Source of the DNA: Patescibacteria group bacterium | GTDB taxonomy: Bacteria > Patescibacteriota > UBA1384 > XYA2-FULL-43-10 > 1-14-0-10-43-13 | Assembly: GCA_038078835.1 (NCBI GenBank) | Contig: JBBTQI010000009.1 | Span: 3,714-67,713 of the forward strand | Direction of reading: 5' to 3' | DNA length: 64,000 nucleotides | In this document: positions 30,844-40,391 of the stretch, one piece after another | Position numbering within the stretch: position 1 is the stretch's first letter | Layout: the number at the start of each line of letters is the position of its first letter | Notes under the pieces: model-generated | The model's input: the letters and a program-made list of their open reading frames with translations, nothing else | Told to the model about the DNA's origin: nothing | Database searches by the model: none | Position numbers and translations under genes: made by a program

Positions 30844-31153
30844 AAGTCCTAAAATTTACCAGCAAGCCAAGAAATACGAGGAGATCCTGAAAAAGAACGG
30901 TATACAAATAACCTCCATGTATGTTTTTGGTTCGTGGGTTAAGGGTACGGCGCATGCCTGGAGCGATATCGATATCGCTGTTGTGTCGCCTAATTTTAGC
31001 GAAGACAGGCAGGCCGAGAGAGTAAGATTAATGTACTTAAGCGAAAAAGTTGATAATGCCATTGAGCCTCACCCTTTCCGGCCGGAAGATTTTGACGATT
31101 TCTATTATCCACTGGCTAATGAAGTTAAGAAAACAGGTGTTAGGTTAGATTAA
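30824..31153 (+). CDS. Minimal nucleotidyltransferase (second MNT-family antitoxin-like gene)
   Basis: 'MYVFGSWVKGTAHAWSDIDIAVV'. Confidence 0.65.
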   Translation: MAQRANISPKIYQQAKKYEEILKKNGIQITSMYVFGSWVKGTAHAWSDIDIAVVSPNFSEDRQAERVRLMYLSEKVDNAIEPHPFRPEDFDDFYYPLANEVKKTGVRLD

Positions 31154-31285
31154 ATATATCCTAAACCGAAAGCATGCAATCCGCACCAGGCGGATTTTTT
31201 ATGGTAAAATCTATTCATGGATCTAGCTAACCGCCAACAATTAATTAAAGCCAATAAGCCGGTCAGCAAGTAAGCGGGTAAGCCG

Positions 31286-32287
31286 ATGGCAGACTTAACC
31301 GACAAAAAGCAACTAATTCGTTTTTTGCAACAGCACGGGCTTTATACCAAGAAGAAGCTGGGGCAGAATTTTTTAGTTGATAGGGCTGCGCTCGATAAGA
31401 TTGTCGATGCCGCCGGATTATTAAAAGACGATTGTGTTATCGAGATTGGGCCGGGGTTGGGGGTTTTGACAGAGGAGTTAGTGAAGAGAGCTGGAAAAGT
31501 AGTGGCGGTGGAGCTGGACGCGGCTCTGGCCGAGATTTTAGAAGTTAGATTTTCGAAGTTAGAAGAAAATCAAAAACCTCTAAAATCTAAAATCGATATT
31601 CTAAAATCTGATATTCTTCGTATCAACCTTAGTGAAACCACCAAGGATTGTTCGAGTTATAAAGTCGTTGCCAATATTCCTTACTACATCACATCGAAAA
31701 TCCTACGCTTTTTCTTGGAGGCGGAGAAGAAACCGGAATTGATAGTATTGCTAACGCAAAAAGAGGTAGCCGAAAGAATAGTAGCTAAGCCGGGCGAGAT
31801 GTCGATTCTGTCAGTCTCGGTTCAATACTACGGCCGGCCGGAGATTATAGATATTGTGCCTGAAACATCGTTCTTTCCCATGCCGGAAGTTGATAGTGCA
31901 ATATTAAAAATATCGAATATCCATACCCCCTCTAACTCCCCCTTACTAAGGGGGAGAAATCTAAATAATAGTTCCTTCCTTAAAATAGGGAATATTCCCT
32001 CTGATTCCTCCCCTAAGATAGGGGAGGTTAGGTGGGGTATGGAAAATACCGATGTAAAGGAATTTTTCCGCTGTATTCATATCGGTTTTTCGTCAAGGCG
32101 AAAAACATTACTAAATAACTTATCTGCCGGTTACCATCTGGATAAAAAAACAACGCTTGATATACTGGAAAAAGTGGGCTTGACGGAGAGGACAAGAGCG
32201 CAGGAACTATCAATCGGGAAATGGCAGGAGTTATGCCGCCAGTTGCCGGATTGGGACAGGAAAGACAATGAACGAAGCGGGAGCTAG
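31286..32287 (+). CDS. rsmA: 16S rRNA (adenine1518/1519-N6)-dimethyltransferase RsmA/KsgA, with in-frame repeat and palindrome insertions
   Basis: 'KKKLGQNFLVD...IEIGPGLGVLTEEL'. Insert 1 (31586-31625) is a 'tctaaaatc' repeat. Insert 2 (~31925-32045) carries three palindromes and encodes '...SPLLRGRN...SDSSPKIGEVRWGM'. Confidence 0.9.
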   Translation: MADLTDKKQLIRFLQQHGLYTKKKLGQNFLVDRAALDKIVDAAGLLKDDCVIEIGPGLGVLTEELVKRAGKVVAVELDAALAEILEVRFSKLEENQKPLKSKIDILKSDILRINLSETTKDCSSYKVVANIPYYITSKILRFFLEAEKKPELIVLLTQKEVAERIVAKPGEMSILSVSVQYYGRPEIIDIVPETSFFPMPEVDSAILKISNIHTPSNSPLLRGRNLNNSSFLKIGNIPSDSSPKIGEVRWGMENTDVKEFFRCIHIGFSSRRKTLLNNLSAGYHLDKKTTLDILEKVGLTERTRAQELSIGKWQELCRQLPDWDRKDNERSGS

Positions 32288-35057
32288 ACAAGTTGAAGTT
32301 GAATCAAGAACCGAAAGGCAACAATTTGCCGAGGTTTTAGGTTGGCAGCTTTTTGAGGATAAGGGGCAAAGCAAGAAGATATCACTCAATCGACAGAGCC
32401 GAGAAGTTGTCATTAATCCCGAATTATATCCCGATTCGATTCGAGCTCAAGTTGCCGCCGCTATGGCGGTGATGAAAGAATCTGAAGCTGAAAACATATT
32501 GCGCTTGGAGAGTAAAGATGAAATCAGGGCAATAGTTGAAGGCGACACTGTGGCGGTTGCTGATGTTATGTTGTGGAGTTCGGCCGGTAGACTTAAGGAG
32601 ACCGAAAAGCAGACTCTTGACGCACTCTTAAAAAGCCTATCCCAGACTGAAAGCTATACTCAAGAAGTGAAAAACGCTTGTTTTTCTTATATCGCCACCG
32701 GTTCGTATCCTAATTTGTCTCCAGAGTTAAAACCGTTTTTTGATAATTTACCGATCAGTCGTCAAACCGGTCAGAATCCGATCAGCGCCATTGCCGATAG
32801 TGCAGTCGCTACCGAACGCCGGCTTGAGTATTATGAAAGATTTATTCAGCCAATTATCCAACAAGCCAAAGAGTTGGATCGCCAATTAGAAGATACAATG
32901 GGTGAGTCTTTTAAGCCCTCCACCGACGACAGTGAAGGCGAACCGCTTGAGGAAAACGAGATATTACAAAGAGTTTCGCCTTTTTATGGCGGTTACTACC
33001 GTGAAAGAGTTCTTGATGCCGTTGATTGGGAAAATATGGAGATGGTTGCGACACCGCAACCGGCCGAGATAGACAATGGTGTTGAGATTGAAGAAGCAAC
33101 AGAAGTTAAACAGTATCTTTTCTTTGGTCTGGACGGAAAAAATCTGGCACAAGGGCCAGTATCAATTCCGTTATTGGCACGAGCCAGGATTATTAAAGAC
33201 AGTTTGAGCCCTATCGGTCTAGTTGTTAAAAGAGACACCAAGGGAATCCACTTTCTTTCTCTTGATCAAAAAACCGGCACTAATGCTCCGATTGGAGAGT
33301 ATCAATTAAAATTTATTCTTGAGCCTGGCATTTCTGACTTTATGGCCGCTTTGCCGACGGAGGAAGAAAGTTCGCGCGTTGCGCCGGACGTTCTATTCTC
33401 ACCTGAAACTGTCGAAAAACTTCTTGAGCTTGAACAATTAGAAATTTCCGACACAGCTAAAGCAAAAAGGATTGCTGGTCAAATCCGCCGGGAATTAACC
33501 TATGTCAACGACAGTCAAGTTGGCGAAGCTCTCAAAGTTGCCGGCCGGAATTACTTTAAAGAACTCGAAAGCACCGAGAAAGCGGATTGCGATGTTTCAA
33601 ACTTCTACTTGATCGCTCAACTGCGCTCGATCGGCATCCCCGCTCGCATGGTTAGAGGTTATTATCCGACCGATCAAAGATTCGGTTTTACTCCGCTGAA
33701 GGGGACGACCATGCATGCCTGGACGGAGTACTGGGATGCCGGCGCCAAGTGTTGGAAGATGATTGATGCAACTCCCCCTAAGAAAGAGGAGGAACAGGAA
33801 GAGGGAGAAAAACAGGAGGGAAGCGGTGGCAATCAAGCAATGATTGCACAGCAGGAAGAGGGCAAAATCAGTTTTGAGGGCGAAACAGACGACGAAGGTT
33901 TAGAACTTAATGATGAACAGCTTGAAAAATTCAAAGAGTTATTTAAGCAGAAGTATAACGAAATTACTGGCAGGAAAGATCAAACCGAACAGATTCGTCG
34001 AGATGATTTCCTTAAAGAGTACGGTATCACTCCCGAAGAGTGGGAGAAAATTGAACGATTTGTGAATTCAGTAGATCAGACCGTCATTCCTAAAGAGTAT
34101 ACGATTGGCCGGGCAGATGACTCAACTTTGGGCGAGGAGTGGGATAAGTTTTTCGAGATGTTTTTGGTTGCCTATCGTTTGCCGGCTAAAACCGAGAGAA
34201 CGCTAACCCGCCAGAGTTTAGGAGATGATTTAGTTGATCCCAGCTCAACCGTCACTGACCTTTTGGCCGGAAGCGATGATCCTTTCGGCTTTGAGCGGGT
34301 TAAGCGAGGCGAGCAGGAAATTAAACTGCCAATCGATTTTTCTAATGATTTCCTGCTTGATCTGACTTCCTCAATGGAAGCGGCCGATCGTTATGGCAAT
34401 ACGCTCAGAGAGCATCAAAAAAGATTTGTCATGGAGGCATTATATCATGGCTGGAAGATAAACCAGGGAATTAAAAATCATGAAGGTGAACTGCAGGGCG
34501 AACTCCCATTTATAAGCAACCATCTACTCTCGATTCATGGCAATAATCAATATCGGGAGCTGACATCGGGGCAGAAGGAAATTGCCATGACCCAGCTCTC
34601 AGAGGTAATGAAATTGCTTGATGAGACAGAGCAAGGCGCCGGCAATATGATTGGAGCGCTGGAGCAATATCGAAATGCTTTATTAGCCCAACCCGAAGTC
34701 ATACAAAAAATCCGATCCGGACAAATGGTCAAAACCCTAACCATATTGAGTGACGGCAATATGTGGTGCAGTGCTTGCGGCAAAGAATCCTGTTCGTATA
34801 GTTTAAGCACCGAGGAAGCGGCGAAATCAAAAAGATTGGTTGAAGAGTTGCGAAGAATAGGAGTGATCGTCAACGCCATCGGTTTTACCGGTAATTCACG
34901 TCATGTTATAGATATTTTTGACGACAAAACGGATCCGGGCAGAGCCATTGTGGCCGATAATGTCGAACAAGCAGTTGTAATGCACCACAAGCAACTGGTA
35001 AAATCTTGGCAGGTAATTGAAAAAGCGGCCGAATATCGACAGTTCAGCTTAGCGTAA
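32268..35057 (+). CDS. Large transglutaminase-like (Cys-His-Asp core) + von Willebrand factor A domain protein
   Basis: 929 aa. Its start overlaps the ksgA stop. 'CDVSNFYLIAQLRSIGIPARMVRGYY...TTMHAWTEYWDAGAKCWKMIDAT' is the transglutaminase-like core. The C-terminal 'LLDLTSSM...TILSDG' is vWA MIDAS-like. Confidence 0.6.
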   Translation: MNEAGARQVEVESRTERQQFAEVLGWQLFEDKGQSKKISLNRQSREVVINPELYPDSIRAQVAAAMAVMKESEAENILRLESKDEIRAIVEGDTVAVADVMLWSSAGRLKETEKQTLDALLKSLSQTESYTQEVKNACFSYIATGSYPNLSPELKPFFDNLPISRQTGQNPISAIADSAVATERRLEYYERFIQPIIQQAKELDRQLEDTMGESFKPSTDDSEGEPLEENEILQRVSPFYGGYYRERVLDAVDWENMEMVATPQPAEIDNGVEIEEATEVKQYLFFGLDGKNLAQGPVSIPLLARARIIKDSLSPIGLVVKRDTKGIHFLSLDQKTGTNAPIGEYQLKFILEPGISDFMAALPTEEESSRVAPDVLFSPETVEKLLELEQLEISDTAKAKRIAGQIRRELTYVNDSQVGEALKVAGRNYFKELESTEKADCDVSNFYLIAQLRSIGIPARMVRGYYPTDQRFGFTPLKGTTMHAWTEYWDAGAKCWKMIDATPPKKEEEQEEGEKQEGSGGNQAMIAQQEEGKISFEGETDDEGLELNDEQLEKFKELFKQKYNEITGRKDQTEQIRRDDFLKEYGITPEEWEKIERFVNSVDQTVIPKEYTIGRADDSTLGEEWDKFFEMFLVAYRLPAKTERTLTRQSLGDDLVDPSSTVTDLLAGSDDPFGFERVKRGEQEIKLPIDFSNDFLLDLTSSMEAADRYGNTLREHQKRFVMEALYHGWKINQGIKNHEGELQGELPFISNHLLSIHGNNQYRELTSGQKEIAMTQLSEVMKLLDETEQGAGNMIGALEQYRNALLAQPEVIQKIRSGQMVKTLTILSDGNMWCSACGKESCSYSLSTEEAAKSKRLVEELRRIGVIVNAIGFTGNSRHVIDIFDDKTDPGRAIVADNVEQAVVMHHKQLVKSWQVIEKAAEYRQFSLA

Positions 35058-35070
35058 CTTTGGATATAAC

Positions 35071-37914
35071 ATGAGTGAGACAGAAACACCAACAAATCTA
35101 GCCGGAACGCAGACTCAAGCAGAAACATTTGAGGCCAGTTCTGGTAACGCTGAAAAACCGGTTTATGAGCGCAGGCCGCACCATCCTCTTTCTGCAGCTC
35201 CCCGTTTAATCTTGCGGACTCTTCATCGTTATCGGACCGATATCGAAGCATCTAATAACCAGGCGGATTTAACTCAAGATCAAATTAGCGTCATGATTCT
35301 GGAGGCGATGGCCTTAGCCGATGAATTTCTGGTCCGTCCTACAACTGTTTCTGCCGAGGAGCAGCAAAGGAAAAGGATAGAGGAAAACGAACTCTTTCAT
35401 GGAAAAAGCGGAACAAAATTGGCGGATGCTTTTTTGCAACAGTTGGTGCAGGGAGAAGAGACAGCGTTGTCGGAAGGAGAAAAGGTTGGAACCGAGGAAA
35501 AGATAGAAAGAAACATCGCTGAAATCCTCTCTCACAAACAGGTTAGGAATGAAATTCTGGAAATATTCAAACGGGAATATTCCGTGCGAAAAAATACACA
35601 CGCCAAAATTTCGGAATTAGTTGGTATCGAAAATGCCATTGACACTGCTCGTGCCAGATACAGGCAACTTCAGAACGAACCGAGAGGTATTGATTCTGAG
35701 AGCACAGCTTTGCCAACCGGTATATTACAATCAAATCTCCATAAATACCTTGAGATCATCAGTCAACTTGAGCGAAGAATCAGATTAAAGGAGGCAAGGC
35801 TTAAACCTGAAGAATCAGGGTTGCTTGAAGCATCGCGCCTTCTCAAAATGAAGCGCCAGATGAGAGAGTACGGCTTTGCTATGACCGAATCGCGCCAAGC
35901 GCTTTTTGACCGGATCAGCGAACTGGCCAGCCAAGGATACAAAATATTCTTGGGCGGTCCGACCGGCACGGGCAAAACATCATTGGCTGTTTTTGCCATG
36001 CGCCAGATTATCGGTGACGAAAACAGGTTTGAAGTCGTCTCTTGGTCGCCCGAGACAACCACTCGGGATTTATTCGGCAAACCGATCATTAAAGCAACCG
36101 AGGAAGGCAATATCGAGAGTTCAATGCAAAAGGGGCCTTATGCCAGAATCTTAACCGGCGAAACAAGGGGTATTATCAACGATGAATTCACCGCCGGAAC
36201 GACAGCTTCCCAACTTTCATTGAAGAGAATTTATCAAGCGCACGCCGGCGAAGAGATTAATCTGCCTGGTTTTAACGGCACAGTCTTCACTAAGGAAAAT
36301 TACCTTGAGATTTCGACGGGCAATTTACGCTCCAAGCAACACAAAGAAAGAAGCGAGATGGACCCGGCCGTTGCCAGAGAATTCGTTTCTCTAAGCGTCC
36401 CCTTTATGAATAGCGAGGAGGCGGAGAAGGTAATGTTGTCCAGCCTTATTCATGAAACCGGCTTCTTGCCAATATCTAGAACCGAAGCAGAGATGGTAAA
36501 TCAACTTTGCCGAGCGGCCGAGTTTAGCCAAAAAGCGTTTGAAGACGAATTTACTCCCGAAGAAAAACAGAGCGATCTGTATAAGCAGATCGACCCAAGC
36601 GGTGCCGGGGTTCACTTAACTAAAACATTTTTCGATCCGGCCACGCTTTTTAGACTGGTCGACGGAATTTCCGGAAGACCATTCAAGGAAAATCTGCGGG
36701 TAAATTTAGAAAGGGAAATCAACGAGAGTCCTCATCTTAAAACTTTGCCGCACGAGAAAGAAGCTTTTCTTAAAATTCTTAAAGCTTTCGGTTTTAATCT
36801 TAAGGCAGGGAAGCCGGAAGATTTCTATAGACCAAAATCAACACCTTCGGGGAGTCAAAAACCGTATATACTTCCTTCAGAGCAAGGATTCTTATCAACT
36901 GTCGAAAAAATAACCGAGGATCAATTTGAGGGAGCCGGCCAAGCGGGAAGCTCTGGCGCGGAAAGAGTCGGAGACGGAGAGTGGCCATTTAAGGAAGAGG
37001 AGATGAGCCAGGAAAAAATCGCTGAAATTTACGATCGCTATGCCCGAGTTTATGAACAAGAGGGCATTGTCGAGAACGGCCGGATTGCTCCAAGCCTCAT
37101 TTCGACCGAGGTCAGACAACTCGGTTTGGATTTTGCTATGCCGACCAGAGAAGAGTTTCTGCAATTTATTGCCGAACATTCAGAGAAGGAGAAAAGGTTA
37201 ATTGGTCTTGGTTTGATTGAACCGGTCATTGTACCGGTAGCCGCCGACTTAGGCGAAGCTATTCCTGTAACGGCCAGTGAAGAGTACCGCTATAGCGGTT
37301 TGCTTGATATTGTCGCCGCCAAAATCAAAGAACTGGGAGAGGCCGGCCAGCTTCTTGGCAGTGACGGCACGCAAATTACTTGTAATCCCAAATGGCCGAT
37401 CTATGTTAATGATTTATACAAAAAGCTGCGTTTTATGCTCCAAAAAAAAGACGGCACTTTGCAAGGCGGGTTAACGCAAAAGACTTATATCGAAGAGCAG
37501 CAAAAAGACGGCCACCCCTTCCCGGGCTGGGCAATTTACTTTAAGGAAAGGGGCAATATATTGCCTCGAAACAGAGACAGCCAGCCGGATTTAACTGATA
37601 TGACGGCCGATAAAGAGTTATCAAAATATATCGAGGCACTCCATGATCCCAATAAATTAAATATGACCGGCTCCTCGGTTCATCTTGAACTCATGCTTCT
37701 CCTCGAGTCGCTTATCAGAGACAAGAAAGTAACGCGCGACTGGAACAATAATCAAGATGCCGGAGCGGTTCTTGGTGCCAACACCTTTGAAGGTTCCGGC
37801 CGCGTGCCGTTCTACGCCTGGCGTCGCGGCGCTGGCCAGTTAGACCTGAACGCCTACTATCCCGACAATCACTTCTCTGATGTTGTCGGTGTGCCTGCCG
37901 GTGAGATCAGCTGA
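35071..37914 (+). CDS. Large AAA+ ATPase (MoxR/AAA_5-like) with a hypervariable C-terminal region (DGR variable repeat)
   Basis: 947 aa. Walker A 'LGGPTGTGKTSLA' and Walker B 'GIINDEF'. The last ~38 codons are the variable-repeat partner of a template repeat 310 nt downstream. Confidence 0.6.
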   Translation: MSETETPTNLAGTQTQAETFEASSGNAEKPVYERRPHHPLSAAPRLILRTLHRYRTDIEASNNQADLTQDQISVMILEAMALADEFLVRPTTVSAEEQQRKRIEENELFHGKSGTKLADAFLQQLVQGEETALSEGEKVGTEEKIERNIAEILSHKQVRNEILEIFKREYSVRKNTHAKISELVGIENAIDTARARYRQLQNEPRGIDSESTALPTGILQSNLHKYLEIISQLERRIRLKEARLKPEESGLLEASRLLKMKRQMREYGFAMTESRQALFDRISELASQGYKIFLGGPTGTGKTSLAVFAMRQIIGDENRFEVVSWSPETTTRDLFGKPIIKATEEGNIESSMQKGPYARILTGETRGIINDEFTAGTTASQLSLKRIYQAHAGEEINLPGFNGTVFTKENYLEISTGNLRSKQHKERSEMDPAVAREFVSLSVPFMNSEEAEKVMLSSLIHETGFLPISRTEAEMVNQLCRAAEFSQKAFEDEFTPEEKQSDLYKQIDPSGAGVHLTKTFFDPATLFRLVDGISGRPFKENLRVNLEREINESPHLKTLPHEKEAFLKILKAFGFNLKAGKPEDFYRPKSTPSGSQKPYILPSEQGFLSTVEKITEDQFEGAGQAGSSGAERVGDGEWPFKEEEMSQEKIAEIYDRYARVYEQEGIVENGRIAPSLISTEVRQLGLDFAMPTREEFLQFIAEHSEKEKRLIGLGLIEPVIVPVAADLGEAIPVTASEEYRYSGLLDIVAAKIKELGEAGQLLGSDGTQITCNPKWPIYVNDLYKKLRFMLQKKDGTLQGGLTQKTYIEEQQKDGHPFPGWAIYFKERGNILPRNRDSQPDLTDMTADKELSKYIEALHDPNKLNMTGSSVHLELMLLLESLIRDKKVTRDWNNNQDAGAVLGANTFEGSGRVPFYAWRRGAGQLDLNAYYPDNHFSDVVGVPAGEIS
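37792..37905 (+). repeat. DGR variable repeat (VR1) at the 3' end of the AAA+ gene
   Basis: ~114 nt. It is ~88% identical to 38225-38328. 13 of 15 mismatches fall where the downstream copy has adenine (the downstream copy has AAC/AAT codons; here they read CGC/TTC/TAC/TAT/GCC). Confidence 0.65.
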
Positions 37915-38224
37915 CCTTGAGCTTTGATCTTTAAATTTTCTTTTGACTTTGTTTTTGAACTTTGGGATAATGTTATTGGCCAGCGAAACGATCCTGCCGC
38001 AAGACAAGGGCCGCTGGCATTTGTGCCGGCAAATGATCTGTTGCAAAGAGCCTTGTGCTTAGTTTGGACAGAGTGCCGCCACCGTCTAAAAAGTGTTTTC
38101 TCACGTTTGAGTCCTGCCTACCTGGCCTTACTGAAAGAGCCAGGTGTAACAAGCAAGCCAATGCATTGTTAGGAGTTTGCGAACTTTTAACACATCACGG
38201 ACGGACGGGATCAACTTGGGTTCC

Positions 38225-38328
38225 GGCAACGTGCCGAACTGCGAATGGCATCGCGGCGCTGGCCAGTTCAACCTGAACGCCAACAATCCCGACAATCACT
38301 ACTCTGATGTTGTCGGTGTGCCTGCCGG
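38225..38328 (+). repeat. DGR template repeat (TR1), the adenine-rich cognate of VR1
   Basis: It encodes 'GSGNVPNCEWHRGAGQFNLNANNPDNHYSDVVGVPAGE'. The VR encodes 'GSGRVPFYAWRRGAGQLDLNAYYPDNHFSDVVGVPAGE'. Confidence 0.65.
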
Positions 38329-38589
38329 TGAGGAGGCACTTTTTAATTGAGCGACTTGAGCCAGCCGCCAAGCTGTTGTCCTGTTTCACTTATGACTGCT
38401 TGGGCTTGGAATATTTTAGTTGTGTTAGCCAGGTTGAGTTCGAGTAGCAGTCTTAACTTAAGGGCGACAATCTCCAAATGACTTTGGGCGACGACAAGAT
38501 AGCCGGATTTTAGCGGCTTGAGATTTTTCCAACGGGGCGCCGATTGAAAAGACGAAACTGGTATCGCGCGATAAATCGTTTGTCAGAGA

Positions 38590-38773
38590 AGAATTATTCA
38601 AGCTACCACGGATTGGTTAAACAGCATTGCAATTACAAAAAAAGACGGTATTTCAACTGGCTCCTTGGATAAAAAACTAGTGCTTGGTATACTGGTATCG
38701 GTTGGATTGAATGACAAAACTCGGGCGCAGGAATTGCCGGTTAACAAGTGGGAGCAACTTTGCGAAAGATTTT
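38590..38773 (+). pseudogene. Diverged duplicate of the ksgA 3' end (remnant/displaced copy)
   Basis: It translates to '...SLDKKLVLGILVSVGLNDKTRAQELPVNKWEQLCERF*'. The ksgA C-terminus is 'HLDKKTTLDILEKVGLTERTRAQELSIGKWQELCRQL'. Nucleotide identity is roughly 60-65%. Confidence 0.5.
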
Positions 38774-38774
38774 A

Positions 38775-38892
38775 GAATCTAGATTTTGGATTTTAGAATT
38801 AATATTGAGAGCAGAATTAAATGATTAATTCCTCACTCTAGCTTCACTCTAAAATCTATATTCTAACATCTAAAATCTAACAGGTGAGGGGA
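38775..38892. repeat. MITE-like inverted-repeat element built from 'gattttagaat'/'ctaaaatct' units
   Basis: The left arm 'gattttagaatctagattttggattttagaatt' and right arm 'ctctaaaatctatattctaacatctaaaatctaac' are near reverse complements. The same unit occurs in-frame in ksgA (31586-31625). Confidence 0.45.
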
Positions 38893-38893
38893 A

Positions 38894-40366
38894 ATGGACT
38901 CAAATTTTTATAACTGGCAAGGAACCGGCGAAGAGAAAGAAACGAAACTCCTAACGCTCTCCGAATTTCGACGCGAGCTCGGTATTCCGCTGGTTCTGGC
39001 AAAAAAAATGATCGTCTGGGGAATTGTCGGGGCCTATACGACTGTTGACGGAACAATCAGAATTACCGAGGGGGAGCTGCTCAAGACAAGGGAACTGTTA
39101 AAGGATCCCCGGAAGAAGATTAAACTTTTTGCCCGCTCGCTCGGTCCCGGTTTTATTACCGGAGCCTCAGATGACGATCCCTCCGGCATTGCCACATATT
39201 CAGCCGTCGGAGCTAAATTTGGTTTCTCCCTGCTCTGGATGTGCCTTTGGACGACGCCGATGATGCTGGCAATTCAGGAGACATGCGCCCGGATCGGAGT
39301 GGTGGCCAACAAGGGCTTGGCCGGAGTCCTGCAGAAACACTACAGCCGCAAGATTGTAATATCGGTTGTAGCCTTACTAATTATCGCTAATACGGTCAAC
39401 ATCGGGGCTGACATCGGGGCGATGGCGGCATCTTTGCGATTGCTGGTTGATATTAACTTTTTTCTTGCCGCTATTATTTTTACCGCTCTAATAGTTGTTA
39501 TAGAGGTATTTGTGCCCTATTGCGCTTATGTCAAGGTCTTAAAATGGCTGACGGTCTTTATCTTTGCTTATATTGCCACGGGAATTATCGTCCGGCCCGA
39601 TTGGTTGGTGGTTGTCCGGGAAACCTTCACGCCCGAATTGCGTTTTGATGATGATTACATCTTTGCCGTTGTCGCTTTTTTGGGGACGACCATTACGCCC
39701 TACCTCTTTTTCTGGCAAACCTCGGAGGAGGTCGAGGAGAATATTCTGGCAAACGGCAATAAAGTGCTCACGCCCTACAAACGGACACAGCGTATCGCCC
39801 GGATGCGTACCGATGTTAAGGCCGGCATGATTCTCTCCAATCTGGTGGCCTTCTTTATTGTTTTAACAACCGCCTCGGTTCTTTTTAAGCACGGCGTTAC
39901 CAATATTGAATCGGCCGAGCAGGCGGCCGAAGCACTTAGGCCGTTGGCCGGAGAGTACGCCTATCTTCTCTTCGCCTTGGGAATTATCGGCACGGGTTTG
40001 TTGGCCGTACCGATACTGGCCGGCGCGGGCGCTTATGCTTTGAGTGAAGTAATGAATTGGCGCGAGGGCTTGGGCCAGAAGTTTTCTAAGGCCAGGGGCT
40101 TCTACATTATTATCATTCTTTCGATTATTGCCGGTATGGCACTCAACTTTATTGGCATAAACCCGATTGTCGCTCTCTACTACACCGCCTTCTTGAACGG
40201 GGTAATTGCCGTTCCTCTCCTGATCGTAATTATGATAGTCGGGAACGATCCAAAAATAATGGGTCAGGAAACTCATCCGAAGTGGGTTAAGTTTTTTGGC
40301 TGGTTGGCTGTGGTCTCAATGGCGCTGGCCGTGTTTTTGTCCCTTGGCCTTAATTTTGTGGTATAG
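38894..40366 (+). CDS. mntH: NRAMP-family divalent metal transporter with an N-terminal ~70-aa extension
   Basis: 'GPGFITGASDDDPSGIATYSAVGAKFGFSLLW' is an Nramp-like signature. There are ~11 TM segments. The N-terminal extension 'LSEFRRELGIPLVLAKKMIVWG' looks HTH-like. Confidence 0.7.
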   Translation: MDSNFYNWQGTGEEKETKLLTLSEFRRELGIPLVLAKKMIVWGIVGAYTTVDGTIRITEGELLKTRELLKDPRKKIKLFARSLGPGFITGASDDDPSGIATYSAVGAKFGFSLLWMCLWTTPMMLAIQETCARIGVVANKGLAGVLQKHYSRKIVISVVALLIIANTVNIGADIGAMAASLRLLVDINFFLAAIIFTALIVVIEVFVPYCAYVKVLKWLTVFIFAYIATGIIVRPDWLVVVRETFTPELRFDDDYIFAVVAFLGTTITPYLFFWQTSEEVEENILANGNKVLTPYKRTQRIARMRTDVKAGMILSNLVAFFIVLTTASVLFKHGVTNIESAEQAAEALRPLAGEYAYLLFALGIIGTGLLAVPILAGAGAYALSEVMNWREGLGQKFSKARGFYIIIILSIIAGMALNFIGINPIVALYYTAFLNGVIAVPLLIVIMIVGNDPKIMGQETHPKWVKFFGWLAVVSMALAVFLSLGLNFVV

Positions 40367-40391
40367 TACTCTTGTTAATGGAGAGTTATCA

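Noticed and set aside
38590-38773. Whether the ksgA 3' duplicate is a third DGR template
   Set aside because: Mismatches with ksgA are spread over all four bases with no adenine bias. It is an ordinary diverged duplication.
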